Assembly (NCBI GenBank): GCA_047638595.1
Contig: JBLIMJ010000002.1
Location: 640 to 64,639 of the forward strand
Length of the DNA: 64,000 nucleotides
Origin: Acidimicrobiales bacterium
Lineage (GTDB): Bacteria > Patescibacteriota > Minisyncoccia > Phycocordibacterales > UBA918
Direction: 5' to 3'
Positions 1 to 9,275 of this stretch are shown here, one piece after another; position 1 is the stretch's first letter; each line of letters begins with the position of its first letter. Made by a program: the position numbers and the translations under genes. The notes below the pieces were generated by a model. The model saw nothing but the letters and a program-made list of their open reading frames with translations. It did no database searches and had not been told where the DNA came from.

Positions 1-2
1 AT

Positions 3-329
3 ATGGATGTCGCAACAGCTCGTATCTATAAAGATGCCATTAGCAACGAAGGTCGCGCGTATGGCGCCGGTATAGCGGGATCAATTGCTGAAGTGAAAAA
101 ACAAGTACAGGGTCGACTTGATGGAGAAACAAGGCGTTTTAAAGCAATGTACGGTGTTGACCCTTATCGCACATCAAATTTTGACCTTGTGATTAATACT
201 GCGCGCCATAGTCCTCAGACAGTCGCATTGACTGTGTTTGATACCTACAAAAAATGGTTAAAATCAGATGAATGGACACCGGTGCATTCGGAGGTGCCGA
301 TGGGCTTTTCCTACGACAACCGATATTAA
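3..329 (+). CDS. C-terminal part of cytidylate kinase-like (archaeal-type Cmk/AAA) protein, 5' truncated by window edge
   Basis: R..RFKAMYGVD...FDLVINT matches the C-terminus of archaeal/CPR-type cytidylate kinases. Confidence 0.6.
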   Translation: MDVATARIYKDAISNEGRAYGAGIAGSIAEVKKQVQGRLDGETRRFKAMYGVDPYRTSNFDLVINTARHSPQTVALTVFDTYKKWLKSDEWTPVHSEVPMGFSYDNRY

Positions 330-581
330 TCTTCTGAATATACTCCATCTGCTTCGGCGAGCTTTCAGTTTTCTCGGTCATCGTATAGACATACGCCTCC
401 CTTCCAAACTTCACCTCTTCTCGTATCTCGAGCATCTCAACGCCTCTAACCCCGAGACATCTCAAAACCTAATATCATCTTGAAAGATAGGCTTTTAAAA
501 TCCTAGTTATCCTATACAAATGATAGTATCGCAAAGTCTCATAGCATCTAGAACTACAAAAAAGGTTACGCGACTAAGCTA

Positions 582-1028
582 TTAGGTAGTCTCTATGTTG
601 CTGGAATCAGTATCCTGCTTTACATATATATTGCTTGCAATAAAAAATACCAACACGTTCATTGCTATGGCGATAAGATTTAGAGACATTGCGGTGTCTA
701 TACTATTTCCATCTATAAAGAGATACGCCACAGCCCCAAAGGTAATTAATGGCAATACTAGGGCATACATCAATGACAACTTCACCACTTGAGCTGCATC
801 TTTCAGGGTATACTCCCTTTTTAAGAGATATACTGAACACATGACAGAGAGCCAGATACCCACAAATCCAACAATTCTCAAAAGAATAAGTTGCGATAAG
901 TTTTCAGGGTTATAATCAACAAAGTCCAAAAGAAACTCAATGCCTAAAGCAACAATAAAAGGCAGTGCCAAACCAGCTACAAAATAGTGCTGAACTGCAA
1001 TAAACCATGGAGCTGATTCTTTTTTCAT
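582..1028 (-). CDS. hypothetical membrane protein (about 4 TM)
   Basis: 148 aa ORF with four hydrophobic segments. Confidence 0.7.
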   Translation of the reverse strand: MKKESAPWFIAVQHYFVAGLALPFIVALGIEFLLDFVDYNPENLSQLILLRIVGFVGIWLSVMCSVYLLKREYTLKDAAQVVKLSLMYALVLPLITFGAVAYLFIDGNSIDTAMSLNLIAIAMNVLVFFIASNIYVKQDTDSSNIETT

Positions 1029-1085
1029 ACACGATTGATTACGTACCTAAAATAATACTCAATAATAACACCCTCCCTCAAAAAT

Positions 1086-1119
1086 AAAAACACGACACCT
1101 AAAGGGTGTCGTGTTTTTT
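1086..1119. terminator. bidirectional intrinsic terminator-like hairpin downstream of secY
   Basis: aaaaacacgacacc-taaa-gggtgtcgtgttttt inverted repeat with A/T tails. Confidence 0.6.
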
Positions 1120-1154
1120 CAATCTAATCCACCTAAGGTTCTAAAATCAATAGA

Positions 1155-1336
1155 TGATTCTAGATACGAGGTGTGCAAGGAAGTGAGTGCGAGCCGTACT
1201 TGAGATACGGTGTGAGAAAGTGTTTAAACACTTTTGCAAGAGGTTGCCTGGTATTTTCTTTAGAAAATAATGACAACCTGTACAGCTTCTGTAAGAAGAG
1301 TTATTTCGCGAAACGTAACGAAGTTAATGAAGTGAT
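1155..1336 (-). repeat. family A (ERIC-like) element copy 1, interrupted by a family B element
   Basis: gatacgagg...gagccgtac-ttgaga-tacggtg[B]a...aacgaagt. Confidence 0.75.
1212..1295 (+). repeat. family B element (GTGA-hairpin-GCAAGA-hairpin-TGTACAG..CTGTAAG)
   Basis: close to the reverse complement of 4420-4500, with compensatory stem changes. Confidence 0.85.
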
Positions 1337-1337
1337 G

Positions 1338-1465
1338 TTCAGAAATAAAAAGTGACTGTGGATACGAGGCGGGCAAGAAAAAAGGTCCAAGGCGTACTGA
1401 GTGGTACGGCGTCGGACCTTTTTTCGTAGCCTAACGAAGTAGACGTAGTGATTTTTTATTTCTGA
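1338..1465 (-). repeat. family A element copy 2, abutting the secY stop
   Basis: gatacgaggcg...ggcgtac-tgagtg-gtacggc...aacgaagtag; outer stem tcagaaataaaaa / tttttatttctga. Confidence 0.8.
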
Positions 1466-2740
1466 TTAGTACTCTCGTAGACTGACTTGTGCGTCGATCT
1501 TTCGGATTAGGTCAAGCACCACGTTCACCACAATAAGTAACGCAGTACCTCCAATAGCGAGCGAGGTTACTCCAGTGAACACTGTCATTCCTACTGGGAA
1601 TACTGCAATAAATCCAAGGAATCCAGCACCAACAAGTGTCAGACGTGTAATCACGTTACCAAGGTATTGTGCAGTGTGTGCTCCTGGTCGAATACCGGGA
1701 ACAAACGCTCCACTTCGTTGCAGGTTCTTCGAAATCTGTTCAGGATCGAACGTCACTGCTGTGTAGAAGAAGGTAAAGAGGAATACCAGTATAAAGTACG
1801 TAATTCCGTACATTACCTGATTGCTAATAAACCAATTTACTGCATCCAACGCCCCTGGTACCCAAGTAAAATTAAATGCTGAAAGAATATTCAGAATCAT
1901 CTGTGGGAATAGAAGGATTGAAAGTGCAAAAATGATTGGGATTACACCAGCTTGGTTCAAGCGCAATGGGAGGTATGACTGACTTCCGCCGTATGTCTTA
2001 GTCCCACGACTTTGTTTTGCGTAAGTAATCGGTATCGGACGCTCCGCTTCAGTCATCACTACAACGGCATAGATAATAGCGAGTCCTATAAAGACAAATC
2101 CTATATACAATGGAAGTTGTGATGGGTCAGTAAACGCAAATGCCAACTGACTCATGGTCTGAGGGATACTCGCAACAATTCCAGCAAAGATAATAATGGA
2201 TACACCATTACCAATACCAAATTCGGTGACCAATTCACCAACCCACATAAGAAGGAGTGACCCTGCAACAATCAGCATGACATTGACTCCAAATTCAAAT
2301 GAAGAAAGCCCTGAAATCACACCCTGGTTTTGCAAGAGTGAGAGAAATCCAAAACCTTGTAAAATTGCCAACGGTAATGTGAGCATACGCCCGTATTGTT
2401 GGAATTTTGCACGTCCTGATTCTCCGTCTTCTGAGTGCATCGCTTTCAGGCGTGGTGACATCACCGTTGAAAGCTGCATGATAATTGAGGCAGTAATGTA
2501 CGGCCCGACACCAAGCATTACAATCGAAAGGTTAGCCAATCCACCTCCAGAAAACATGTTCATCAAACCAAGGAATTCGTTATTTGAGAAGAACTGTTCC
2601 AAAACAGCTACGTCAACACCAGGAATTGGTATTGCGGCGAGTGCTCGAAAGATTATCAATGCACCGAGTACAAAAAAGATTCGGTTTCGAATTGTTTTCT
2701 CAGTGAAAGCTATCTTGAGCTTATGAATGAATTTCTGCAT
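1466..2740 (-). CDS. secY: preprotein translocase subunit SecY
   Basis: LGVGPYITASII, GIGNGVSIIIFAGI, GAFVPGIRPG motifs; follows rplO. Confidence 0.98.
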   Translation of the reverse strand: MQKFIHKLKIAFTEKTIRNRIFFVLGALIIFRALAAIPIPGVDVAVLEQFFSNNEFLGLMNMFSGGGLANLSIVMLGVGPYITASIIMQLSTVMSPRLKAMHSEDGESGRAKFQQYGRMLTLPLAILQGFGFLSLLQNQGVISGLSSFEFGVNVMLIVAGSLLLMWVGELVTEFGIGNGVSIIIFAGIVASIPQTMSQLAFAFTDPSQLPLYIGFVFIGLAIIYAVVVMTEAERPIPITYAKQSRGTKTYGGSQSYLPLRLNQAGVIPIIFALSILLFPQMILNILSAFNFTWVPGALDAVNWFISNQVMYGITYFILVFLFTFFYTAVTFDPEQISKNLQRSGAFVPGIRPGAHTAQYLGNVITRLTLVGAGFLGFIAVFPVGMTVFTGVTSLAIGGTALLIVVNVVLDLIRKIDAQVSLREY

Positions 2741-2817
2741 TTTATAATTTCCGTATTAACTAATGTTTCGTATTTTAGCATGGAAAGAGCACCAGAGGTG
2801 CTCTTTACTCACTATTC

Positions 2818-3267
2818 TTACGCTACTGTTCCACCTGCTTTCTCAATCTTCGCTTTCGCTGAAGCAGATACTTCACATGCAGTAACAGTCAGTTTAAGAG
2901 AAAGTTCTCCTGTACCGAGTATTTTAACTGCAGGCGCTTTCTTGCGTCGTGATGAGATAAGACCTGAAGCAACAAGTGTTTTTGGATTTACCTCTGCACC
3001 TGCTTTAAATCCAGCTTCAAGTGCACTTACGTTAATCACTGTAGGCATTATCTTTTCAGCATTCACAGTCTTAGCACGGTTGATACCGTGACCTCGAAGC
3101 TTTGGAATCTTCTTGATAATCTCACGCATTTCTGGACGTGTACTGTTACCAGCACGAGCTGCTTGTCCTTTGTGCCCCCTTCCAGAGGTCTTACCACGCT
3201 TACCACCACGACCAATTCGTTTCTCAGTCTTTCGTGCGGTTGTTGGTTTTAATTCGTGTAATTGCAT
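2818..3267 (-). CDS. rplO: 50S ribosomal protein uL15
   Basis: RIGRGGKRGKTSGRGHKGQ motif. Confidence 0.97.
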   Translation of the reverse strand: MQLHELKPTTARKTEKRIGRGGKRGKTSGRGHKGQAARAGNSTRPEMREIIKKIPKLRGHGINRAKTVNAEKIMPTVINVSALEAGFKAGAEVNPKTLVASGLISSRRKKAPAVKILGTGELSLKLTVTACEVSASAKAKIEKAGGTVA

Positions 3268-3268
3268 A

Positions 3269-3967
3269 TTATGAGCTTTTTAGTTGCTTAAGTGCTTCAA
3301 CAGCAGCCTTCGCGTTATTAAGCTTATTCTTCGACCGAGAAAAAATCTTTGCAGTAACGTCCTTTACTCCTGCGAGCTCAAGTACGGTACGTACTGATGA
3401 CCCCGCTACAAGTCCACGACCTGGTGCGGGCATCATCATCACTTCACTTGACGCATATTTTACATGTACATCATGAGGAATATGTTGATCTTTATTCATC
3501 GGTACGACAATCATATTCTTCTTCGCGTTACGTGCTGCTTTTTCAATAGCAAGTTGTGTATCTCCTGCTTTACCAACACCTACACCAACTTTTCCTTTCT
3601 TGTCACCAATAACCATTGAGACAGAGAATGAGAATCGTCGTCCACCAGCCATAACTCGAGTTACACGGCGGATACTTACAATTTTTTGTTCAAATTCTTG
3701 TCGAGGACGTTCAGTTCGTCGTCCACCACGTCGAGGACGTCGCGGATTACGCTGATTTCGTCGATCACCACTTGCGTGTGAGCTGCCAGAGCTTCGTCCA
3801 GGCGTAGCGCCTTTTGATTCTGTAGCATCAACAGCAGCGGGTGCATCGGTAGAAGCGGGTGTTTCCACAGGAGCAGATGCTTCTGTTTTCGTTTCTGTCG
3901 CTTCAGGTGCTGGGGTAGAGACTGTTGTCTCTTCCGTTGTAGCTTCCTGCTTTGTTTCTTCTGACAT
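3269..3967 (-). CDS. rpsE: 30S ribosomal protein uS5 with long low-complexity N-terminal extension
   Basis: RRVTRVMAGGRRFSF, PAPGRGLVAG. Confidence 0.97.
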   Translation of the reverse strand: MSEETKQEATTEETTVSTPAPEATETKTEASAPVETPASTDAPAAVDATESKGATPGRSSGSSHASGDRRNQRNPRRPRRGGRRTERPRQEFEQKIVSIRRVTRVMAGGRRFSFSVSMVIGDKKGKVGVGVGKAGDTQLAIEKAARNAKKNMIVVPMNKDQHIPHDVHVKYASSEVMMMPAPGRGLVAGSSVRTVLELAGVKDVTAKIFSRSKNKLNNAKAAVEALKQLKSS

Positions 3968-3985
3968 ATATATTCAGATTAGTGA

Positions 3986-4336
3986 TTAAAATTTGAGACC
4001 AGCTTCACGGGCACCAGTTGCTAATGCAGCCACTGCTCCTTGATACTTGAAACCTCCTCGGTCAAATACTGCTGATTCTATACCTGCCTTCTTTGCTGCT
4101 TGCCCAAGGGTAGTTCCTACCTCTACTGCACGTTCTGAAAGTGTTCCCTTTCCTACCTTTCGTGAATCAGCTGATGCAAGTGTTGCATTAGTTTCATCAT
4201 TAATCAGTTGTGCATAGATGTATCGGTTACTACGAAATACCGCAAGACGAGGTGTAGTAGCAGATCCGATAACACGTGAACGAATGCGAGCATGTCGTCG
4301 TGTGCGTGTTTCTTTTTTGTGAATTGTTTTTTTCAT
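3986..4336 (-). CDS. rplR: 50S ribosomal protein uL18
   Basis: PRLAVFRSNRYIYAQLI, VFDRGGFKYQG. Confidence 0.97.
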   Translation of the reverse strand: MKKTIHKKETRTRRHARIRSRVIGSATTPRLAVFRSNRYIYAQLINDETNATLASADSRKVGKGTLSERAVEVGTTLGQAAKKAGIESAVFDRGGFKYQGAVAALATGAREAGLKF

Positions 4337-4360
4337 AATAGATCTTTAGATATGTAATGG

Positions 4361-4550
4361 TTTAAATTGCTTTAGATACGAGACGAGTGATGAAAATAAT
4401 TTGAGTCGTACACATGTTCCTTACAGGAACTGTACAGGTTGTCGATATTTCTAAAGAAATATCTGGCAACCTCTTGCGAAAGCCTCCCAGGCTTTCTCAC
4501 AACTAAAATTATTTTTTGAAACTCAACGACGTAGATGAAGTGATTTAAAG
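4361..4550 (-). repeat. family A element copy 3 (after rplF stop), interrupted by family B
   Basis: gatacgagacg...gagtcgtac..[B]..aacgacgtaga; outer stem tttaaattgcttt / gaagtgatttaaa. Confidence 0.75.
4420..4500 (-). repeat. family B element, opposite orientation to 1212-1295
   Basis: cttacaggaactgtacaggttgtc...ggcaacctcttgcgaaag...ctttctcac. Confidence 0.85.
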
Positions 4551-4552
4551 TA

Positions 4553-5086
4553 TTACACCGCTTTCTTACCTTGTTTACGGATGACATATTCCCCTTGATA
4601 CCGAATTCCTTTCCCTTTGTATGGTTCAGGTGGTTTAACCTTACGGATGTTTGCAGCAAACTGGCCGACTGCATGCTTATCAATACCTGAAACGGTAATG
4701 ACACTCTTTTCTACTGTTGTAGTCATGCCTTCTGGTACATCCATCAGTACAGGATGTGAGAATCCTACGCTGATAGTAAGTTTCTGTCCTTGTACTTCAG
4801 CACGGTACCCTACTCCTTCAATTTCAAGTACTTTACTGAACCCTTCAGTAACTCCTGTAACTAAGTTTCGTGCAAGTGCTGCGTAGGTACCCCAGAGAGC
4901 TTGTGCTGCCTTGGTTTCCTTTGCTGGTGCAAGAGTAATGACGCCATCTGCGACCACCACTGTTACATCTTCGCGCATATCTTGCGTCAACGTCCCTTTG
5001 GGACCTTTCACTGTAAGTACTCCGTCTGCAAATGTTACGTCAACACCTGCCGGAATAGTTACTGGAATTTTTCCTAATCGACTCAT
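4553..5086 (-). CDS. rplF: 50S ribosomal protein uL6
   Basis: MSRLGKIPV start at 5086; KPPEPYKGKGIRY. Confidence 0.97.
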   Translation of the reverse strand: MSRLGKIPVTIPAGVDVTFADGVLTVKGPKGTLTQDMREDVTVVVADGVITLAPAKETKAAQALWGTYAALARNLVTGVTEGFSKVLEIEGVGYRAEVQGQKLTISVGFSHPVLMDVPEGMTTTVEKSVITVSGIDKHAVGQFAANIRKVKPPEPYKGKGIRYQGEYVIRKQGKKAV

Positions 5087-5087
5087 A

Positions 5088-5483
5088 TTACCAGATGATA
5101 AAGAGTTGCTCTCCTCCAACGTTTGCCTTACGTGCATCTTCTCCATTGAGGATACCTACTGGCGTTGAAAGGATCATTTTCCCTTTACCGAACTTAACTG
5201 GATAAATTTCTGTAGCTTTTGTATAGACTCGACGACCTGGCTTTGAAACTCGTTTTACGCCACTGATTCGGTGTGAACCATTTGCGTCATACTGAAGCTT
5301 CATGTCCAAAGACTTAGCTACGCCTTCTCCTTTTGTTTCTGCTGTTACGAGATATCCTTCCTTTACAAGCTTATCTGCAATTGCATGCTTTAGCTTTGAA
5401 TACGGAAGTGATACTTCTTTGTTCCCTACCATTCCAGCGTTTTTCAACTGGATGATGAAATCTCCTACTGTATCGCCTACCAT
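5088..5483 (-). CDS. rpsH: 30S ribosomal protein uS8
   Basis: RVSKPGRRVY, ILSTPVG, GGE. Confidence 0.97.
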   Translation of the reverse strand: MVGDTVGDFIIQLKNAGMVGNKEVSLPYSKLKHAIADKLVKEGYLVTAETKGEGVAKSLDMKLQYDANGSHRISGVKRVSKPGRRVYTKATEIYPVKFGKGKMILSTPVGILNGEDARKANVGGEQLFIIW

Positions 5484-5662
5484 GATGATTTCTTAATTCC
5501 TGGTATATGTCCTTCGTTTGCTTGCTCTCGGAAGCAGATTCGACAAAGGTCGAAGTCCCGCATGTATCCTCGTTTACGACCACACTGGTTGCAACGACGC
5601 ACTACACGAGATTTGAATTTCGGTACGCGTAGCGACCGAATAATTACTGACTTTCGTGCCAT
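5477..5662 (-). CDS. rpsN: 30S ribosomal protein uS14, zinc-binding type Z
   Basis: 61 aa, CNQCGR...LCRICFRE...SSW. Confidence 0.97.
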   Translation of the reverse strand: MARKSVIIRSLRVPKFKSRVVRRCNQCGRKRGYMRDFDLCRICFREQANEGHIPGIKKSSW

Positions 5663-5912
5663 ATATTTATATTTTCTTAGGATAGTTTCATGAAGATGTC
5701 ATGACTTTCCTCTAATAATCCGGCTTGCTCACTTTCGCAAGTTCGCCTTCCACGTATACGTACTGCATGGTCACCCATAGCACAAAACACGCCTTCTGTT
5801 GCAAACTTTGAGAATCTTTCGATTATCCCGTTAGTTTGACTACAACAGAGCGGTCCTTCTTCACCTTCCTATTAAAGAATATGTGAGAGATGCGTATATC
5901 GCTTCGTGCACT

Positions 5913-5940
5913 AATATAGCAAAATACCCCATGAAGTCAA
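5913..5940 (-). promoter_or_regulatory. sigma70-like promoter upstream of rpsN
   Basis: minus strand TTGACT-16 nt-TATATT with TG extension. Confidence 0.55.
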
Positions 5941-6065
5941 TGGTAAAATCACTATTCTTACCCTTTTCAGGCGGTTGCTTTCTAAAGAAAACAACCGCCT
6001 GAAACACCTAGAAAGAGCTAAACACCCAAAATCAGGGCCATTTTGGGTGTTTATCTAAAATTCAT

Positions 6066-6104
6066 ATACAAAAACACGACAGCGAAGCTGTCGTGTTTTT
6101 GTAT
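6066..6104. terminator. terminator-like hairpin between rplE and rpsN
   Basis: tacaaaaacacgacagc-gaa-gctgtcgtgtttttgta; arms shared with 1086-1119. Confidence 0.6.
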
Positions 6105-6129
6105 AGAGTTACCTCTTCGAACCGTTACG

Positions 6130-6333
6130 TTCTGTATCTGAGTTTTCAGTAATGTTTGACTTTCAACGGTACCGTCAAGTTTCTAAGTAAAATTTGTACT
6201 ACGTACAAATTCTACTAAGAACTTCCTGGCCGGACTCGACCGTTCTTTCTCTATGAAGAGAAAGAACATGTCTCCGACTTTTACCACTGAACGAAAGCAA
6301 AACTGTTTGCTTTCTAAAAACCAGAATCAGAAA
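6130..6333 (-). repeat. structured element after rplE stop containing the family C motif
   Basis: gactcgac-hairpin-atgtctccg (6233-6276), similar to gactcgtc-hairpin-atgactccg after rplB; several additional hairpins. Confidence 0.55.
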
Positions 6334-6891
6334 CTATTTAGTTTCAGTTTCTGCTTTTTTCAGTGGTAAACCGATATGTCGTAAAAGCGCTTCAGCCTCC
6401 GCAGGAGTCTTTGCGGTTGTTACGATAGTTATCGCTAGACCAAACACATCTTTAATATCCTCGTTTACTGTTTCTGGGAAGATCGTATGGTCTTTCAGAC
6501 CAAGTGTGATGTTTCCCATTTCATCGATAGCTGTTGCATTTAACCCACGGAAGTCGCGAGTTTGTGGCAAAGCAACGTCGATAAGCTTATCGAGGAATGT
6601 TCGCATACGTTCGCCACGAAGTGTGACTTGGTATCCAACAATATCCCCTTCTCGTAGCTTGAAAGTCGCAATTGACATTCGAGCTGCTCGAGGTGACGCT
6701 TTCTGACCTGTAATCTGAGCAAGTCGATCTTGAATAAGAGCAATCTTATTTTTATCATCAATCTTACCAGTGCCCGTAGAAACGATAACCTTCTCAATAC
6801 GTGGTGCTTGCATTACGTTTGTGTATGCGAATGTATCCTTAAGAGAATCATACACGGCCGCAAGCTTTGTTTGCATATTTAATGTTGCCAT
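6334..6891 (-). CDS. rplE: 50S ribosomal protein uL5
   Basis: ITGQK, FKLREG, RDFRGL, IFPE. Confidence 0.97.
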   Translation of the reverse strand: MATLNMQTKLAAVYDSLKDTFAYTNVMQAPRIEKVIVSTGTGKIDDKNKIALIQDRLAQITGQKASPRAARMSIATFKLREGDIVGYQVTLRGERMRTFLDKLIDVALPQTRDFRGLNATAIDEMGNITLGLKDHTIFPETVNEDIKDVFGLAITIVTTAKTPAEAEALLRHIGLPLKKAETETK

Positions 6892-6893
6892 AA

Positions 6894-7205
6894 TTAGATT
6901 TTCTTACCTGAAGGTCGTGCAACACGAACCTTCGTAGTCTTATCACCATCTGTTTCGACCATGTATCCTACACGTACCGCCTTCTTACCTTCTAAGAGTG
7001 CTACGTTTGAAACATGAATGGGTGTACTTTTTTCAACAATTTGACCTGCTGATCGAGCACGTTTGTTCTTCTGGTGTCGTGTGACTACATTTACACCATC
7101 GATGAGTACTTTTTCAGTCTTTGGAAAAGCCTGTTCAACAATACCTGTCTTCCCTTTGCTTTTACCAGCGATCACGATGACGTTGTCTCCTTTTTTGATT
7201 TTCAT
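6894..7205 (-). CDS. rplX: 50S ribosomal protein uL24
   Basis: KIKKGDNVIVIAGKSKGK, PIHVSNV. Confidence 0.97.
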   Translation of the reverse strand: MKIKKGDNVIVIAGKSKGKTGIVEQAFPKTEKVLIDGVNVVTRHQKNKRARSAGQIVEKSTPIHVSNVALLEGKKAVRVGYMVETDGDKTTKVRVARPSGKKI

Positions 7206-7222
7206 ACGAATTTCTATTTAGA

Positions 7223-7594
7223 TTAAACGACTTCGGGAGCCAGAGATACAATCTTCTGGAAACCAGCCTCTGATAATTCACGTGGGATAGGGCCAAACAC
7301 ACGGTTTGCCTTAGGTTCCTTCTTTTCTTTATCAATGAGGACAACAGCGTTGTCATCAAATGACACATACGAACCATCTTTTCGACGGTACGCTTTCCTC
7401 TGACGCACTACTACACCACACACGACGTCTTTCTTTTTAACGCCTTTACGTGGTTCAGCAGATTGTACTGAAAGAATTACCAACTCGCCTAGTTCAGCAT
7501 AACGCTTCTTAGAACCGCCAAGTACCTTAAATACTCGACCAATCTTACCTCCAGAGTTGTCAGTAATCTTTACAATTGTTTGTGGTTGTATCAT
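7223..7594 (-). CDS. rplN: 50S ribosomal protein uL14
   Basis: DNSGGK, FDDNAVVLI, SLAPEVV. Confidence 0.98.
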   Translation of the reverse strand: MIQPQTIVKITDNSGGKIGRVFKVLGGSKKRYAELGELVILSVQSAEPRKGVKKKDVVCGVVVRQRKAYRRKDGSYVSFDDNAVVLIDKEKKEPKANRVFGPIPRELSEAGFQKIVSLAPEVV

Positions 7595-7598
7595 ACGC

Positions 7599-7874
7599 TT
7601 ATGCTTTTACGAGTTCAAAGTATTTTCGCTTTGAAACGGGACGAGTCTCCTTGATTTCGACCTTTTGACCTATAGTAGCTGTATTACCAGCATCATGCAC
7701 GAGATACTTCTTTGTACGTCGTTGATACTTCTTGTACTTTGGGTGCTTCACAAATCGTTCAACAGCCACTGTACAGGTATCTTGCATCTTCGCAGCAACA
7801 ACAGTTCCGCGTAGTACGCGTCCTCCTGTCTTTACTTCCGCTGTTGCTTCGGTTGTTTCTTTTTTACCAAACAT
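7599..7874 (-). CDS. rpsQ: 30S ribosomal protein uS17
   Basis: KHPKYKK...HD...ETRPVSKRK. Confidence 0.96.
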   Translation of the reverse strand: MFGKKETTEATAEVKTGGRVLRGTVVAAKMQDTCTVAVERFVKHPKYKKYQRRTKKYLVHDAGNTATIGQKVEIKETRPVSKRKYFELVKA

Positions 7875-7879
7875 ACCAA

Positions 7880-8098
7880 TTATGCGTTTTTGTTAGACTG
7901 TTTTGCATTCCGTGCGTTGAGCTCCGTGAGGCTTCGTGCAACGTTTTTCTTGGCAGTACGAACTACCTTTACGTCACCCGTACCTGCACCAGCTGCACCA
8001 AAGCGAGATGAACGGAGTGCTTCTCGCTGTTCTTGAACAAAAGAAACAATCTCCGCATCACTCTTCTTTTGAATATCTTTATAGTTACTCATAGTCAC
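7880..8098 (-). CDS. rpmC: 50S ribosomal protein uL29
   Basis: position between rplP and rpsQ; RF...KKNVARSLT. Confidence 0.85.
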   Translation of the reverse strand: MTMSNYKDIQKKSDAEIVSFVQEQREALRSSRFGAAGAGTGDVKVVRTAKKNVARSLTELNARNAKQSNKNA

Positions 8099-8103
8099 TT
8101 TGA

Positions 8104-8538
8104 TTACACACGAGTCTCTTCACGCTTCACAAACTTTGCTTTTACAGGGAGCTTACAAGCTGCCTTTCGCAATGCTTCTCGCGCGATTTCTTCAGAGACA
8201 CCGTCAATTTCGAATAATATACGACCGGGACGTACTTCAAACATGAAGTATTCAGGATCACCTTTACCTTTACCCATACCCATCTCGGCAGGTTTTTTGG
8301 TTACTGGCCGATCCGGAAAGATACGAATCCAAATCTTACCTGTTTTACCGAGTGTTCGTGAGATAACACGACGTGCAGCTTCAATCTGGTTTGATCGCAC
8401 ACGTGCTTGCGCAGTTGCTTTCAATCCGTATGAACCAAATGCTACGGTGACACCTCGTGTGTCAGGTCGCAATAGTTTTGCTGGACTTCTTCGCATCACT
8501 TGCCACTTACGGTGCTTTACCTTTTTTGGAAATAACAT
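8104..8538 (-). CDS. rplP: 50S ribosomal protein uL16
   Basis: QIEAARR, WIRIFPD, MGKGKG, KLPVK. Confidence 0.97.
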   Translation of the reverse strand: MLFPKKVKHRKWQVMRRSPAKLLRPDTRGVTVAFGSYGLKATAQARVRSNQIEAARRVISRTLGKTGKIWIRIFPDRPVTKKPAEMGMGKGKGDPEYFMFEVRPGRILFEIDGVSEEIAREALRKAACKLPVKAKFVKREETRV

Positions 8539-8549
8539 AACGTGGTTAC

Positions 8550-9263
8550 TTAAGCAGTACGATTAGTGTGTTGTGTCGCTTTCTTTTCCTCAGTACCTGT
8601 CTTGCGGTCTGCGAACACATCACCTCGATAAATCCAAACCTTAATACCAATCACACCATACGGTAGATTAGCGCGCTCTCGAGCATAGTCGATGTCAGCA
8701 CGAAGTGTTTGAAGCGGAATTCGACCTTTTTTAAGTTGTTCTTGTCGCGCCATGTCAGCACCACCAAGGCGGCCTGAAACACTGATACGAACTCCTTGAA
8801 CATCTCGGTTTGCCATAACTTTCTCAACAGTTTGTTTGAGTACACGTCGGAATGGCATTCGTTTTTCAAAACCTTCAACCACCATTTGAGCAACGATAGC
8901 TGCGCTTGTTTCAACAGAACGCACCTCTTCGATGTCAATTTTGATTTCTGGCTTTTCTGCAAGTTTCAATTTTCGTAAGAGCATATCGACATCATGTCGA
9001 AGTTTTGTTGCTCCTTCACCTGAACGACCGATGATAAGACCGGGACGTGCAGTTTTGATAAGAATACGTAGTGCCTTATCATCTCGCTCAATTTCAACAA
9101 CATCTACAGACATTCCCTTAAGCTTCTTTGCAAGAAGTTTACGGATTGCTGCATCAGTACGAAGATATTCGCGATACTTTGCTGGGTCAGTTGCGAACCA
9201 ACGACTCTTCCAGTCACGGTTGATACCCAGTCGTTGTACATATGGATGTGCTATGTGTGTCAT
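8550..9263 (-). CDS. rpsC: 30S ribosomal protein uS3
   Basis: RPGLIIGRSG, GRIPLQTLRADIDY, GIKVWIY. Confidence 0.98.
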   Translation of the reverse strand: MTHIAHPYVQRLGINRDWKSRWFATDPAKYREYLRTDAAIRKLLAKKLKGMSVDVVEIERDDKALRILIKTARPGLIIGRSGEGATKLRHDVDMLLRKLKLAEKPEIKIDIEEVRSVETSAAIVAQMVVEGFEKRMPFRRVLKQTVEKVMANRDVQGVRISVSGRLGGADMARQEQLKKGRIPLQTLRADIDYARERANLPYGVIGIKVWIYRGDVFADRKTGTEEKKATQHTNRTA

Positions 9264-9275
9264 AGTATGTTCCTA

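Noticed and set aside
1212-1295. Family B as a hammerhead ribozyme
   Set aside because: No conserved CUGANGA/GAAA core across copies; other ribozyme classes could not be tested by eye.
1173-1355. 60 aa ORF (and 4372-4704) across family A/B elements
   Set aside because: Incidental frames through structured repeats.
6125-6140. Duplicate of the rplE 3' end
   Set aside because: Only 12/16 identity in AT-rich sequence; too weak to claim.
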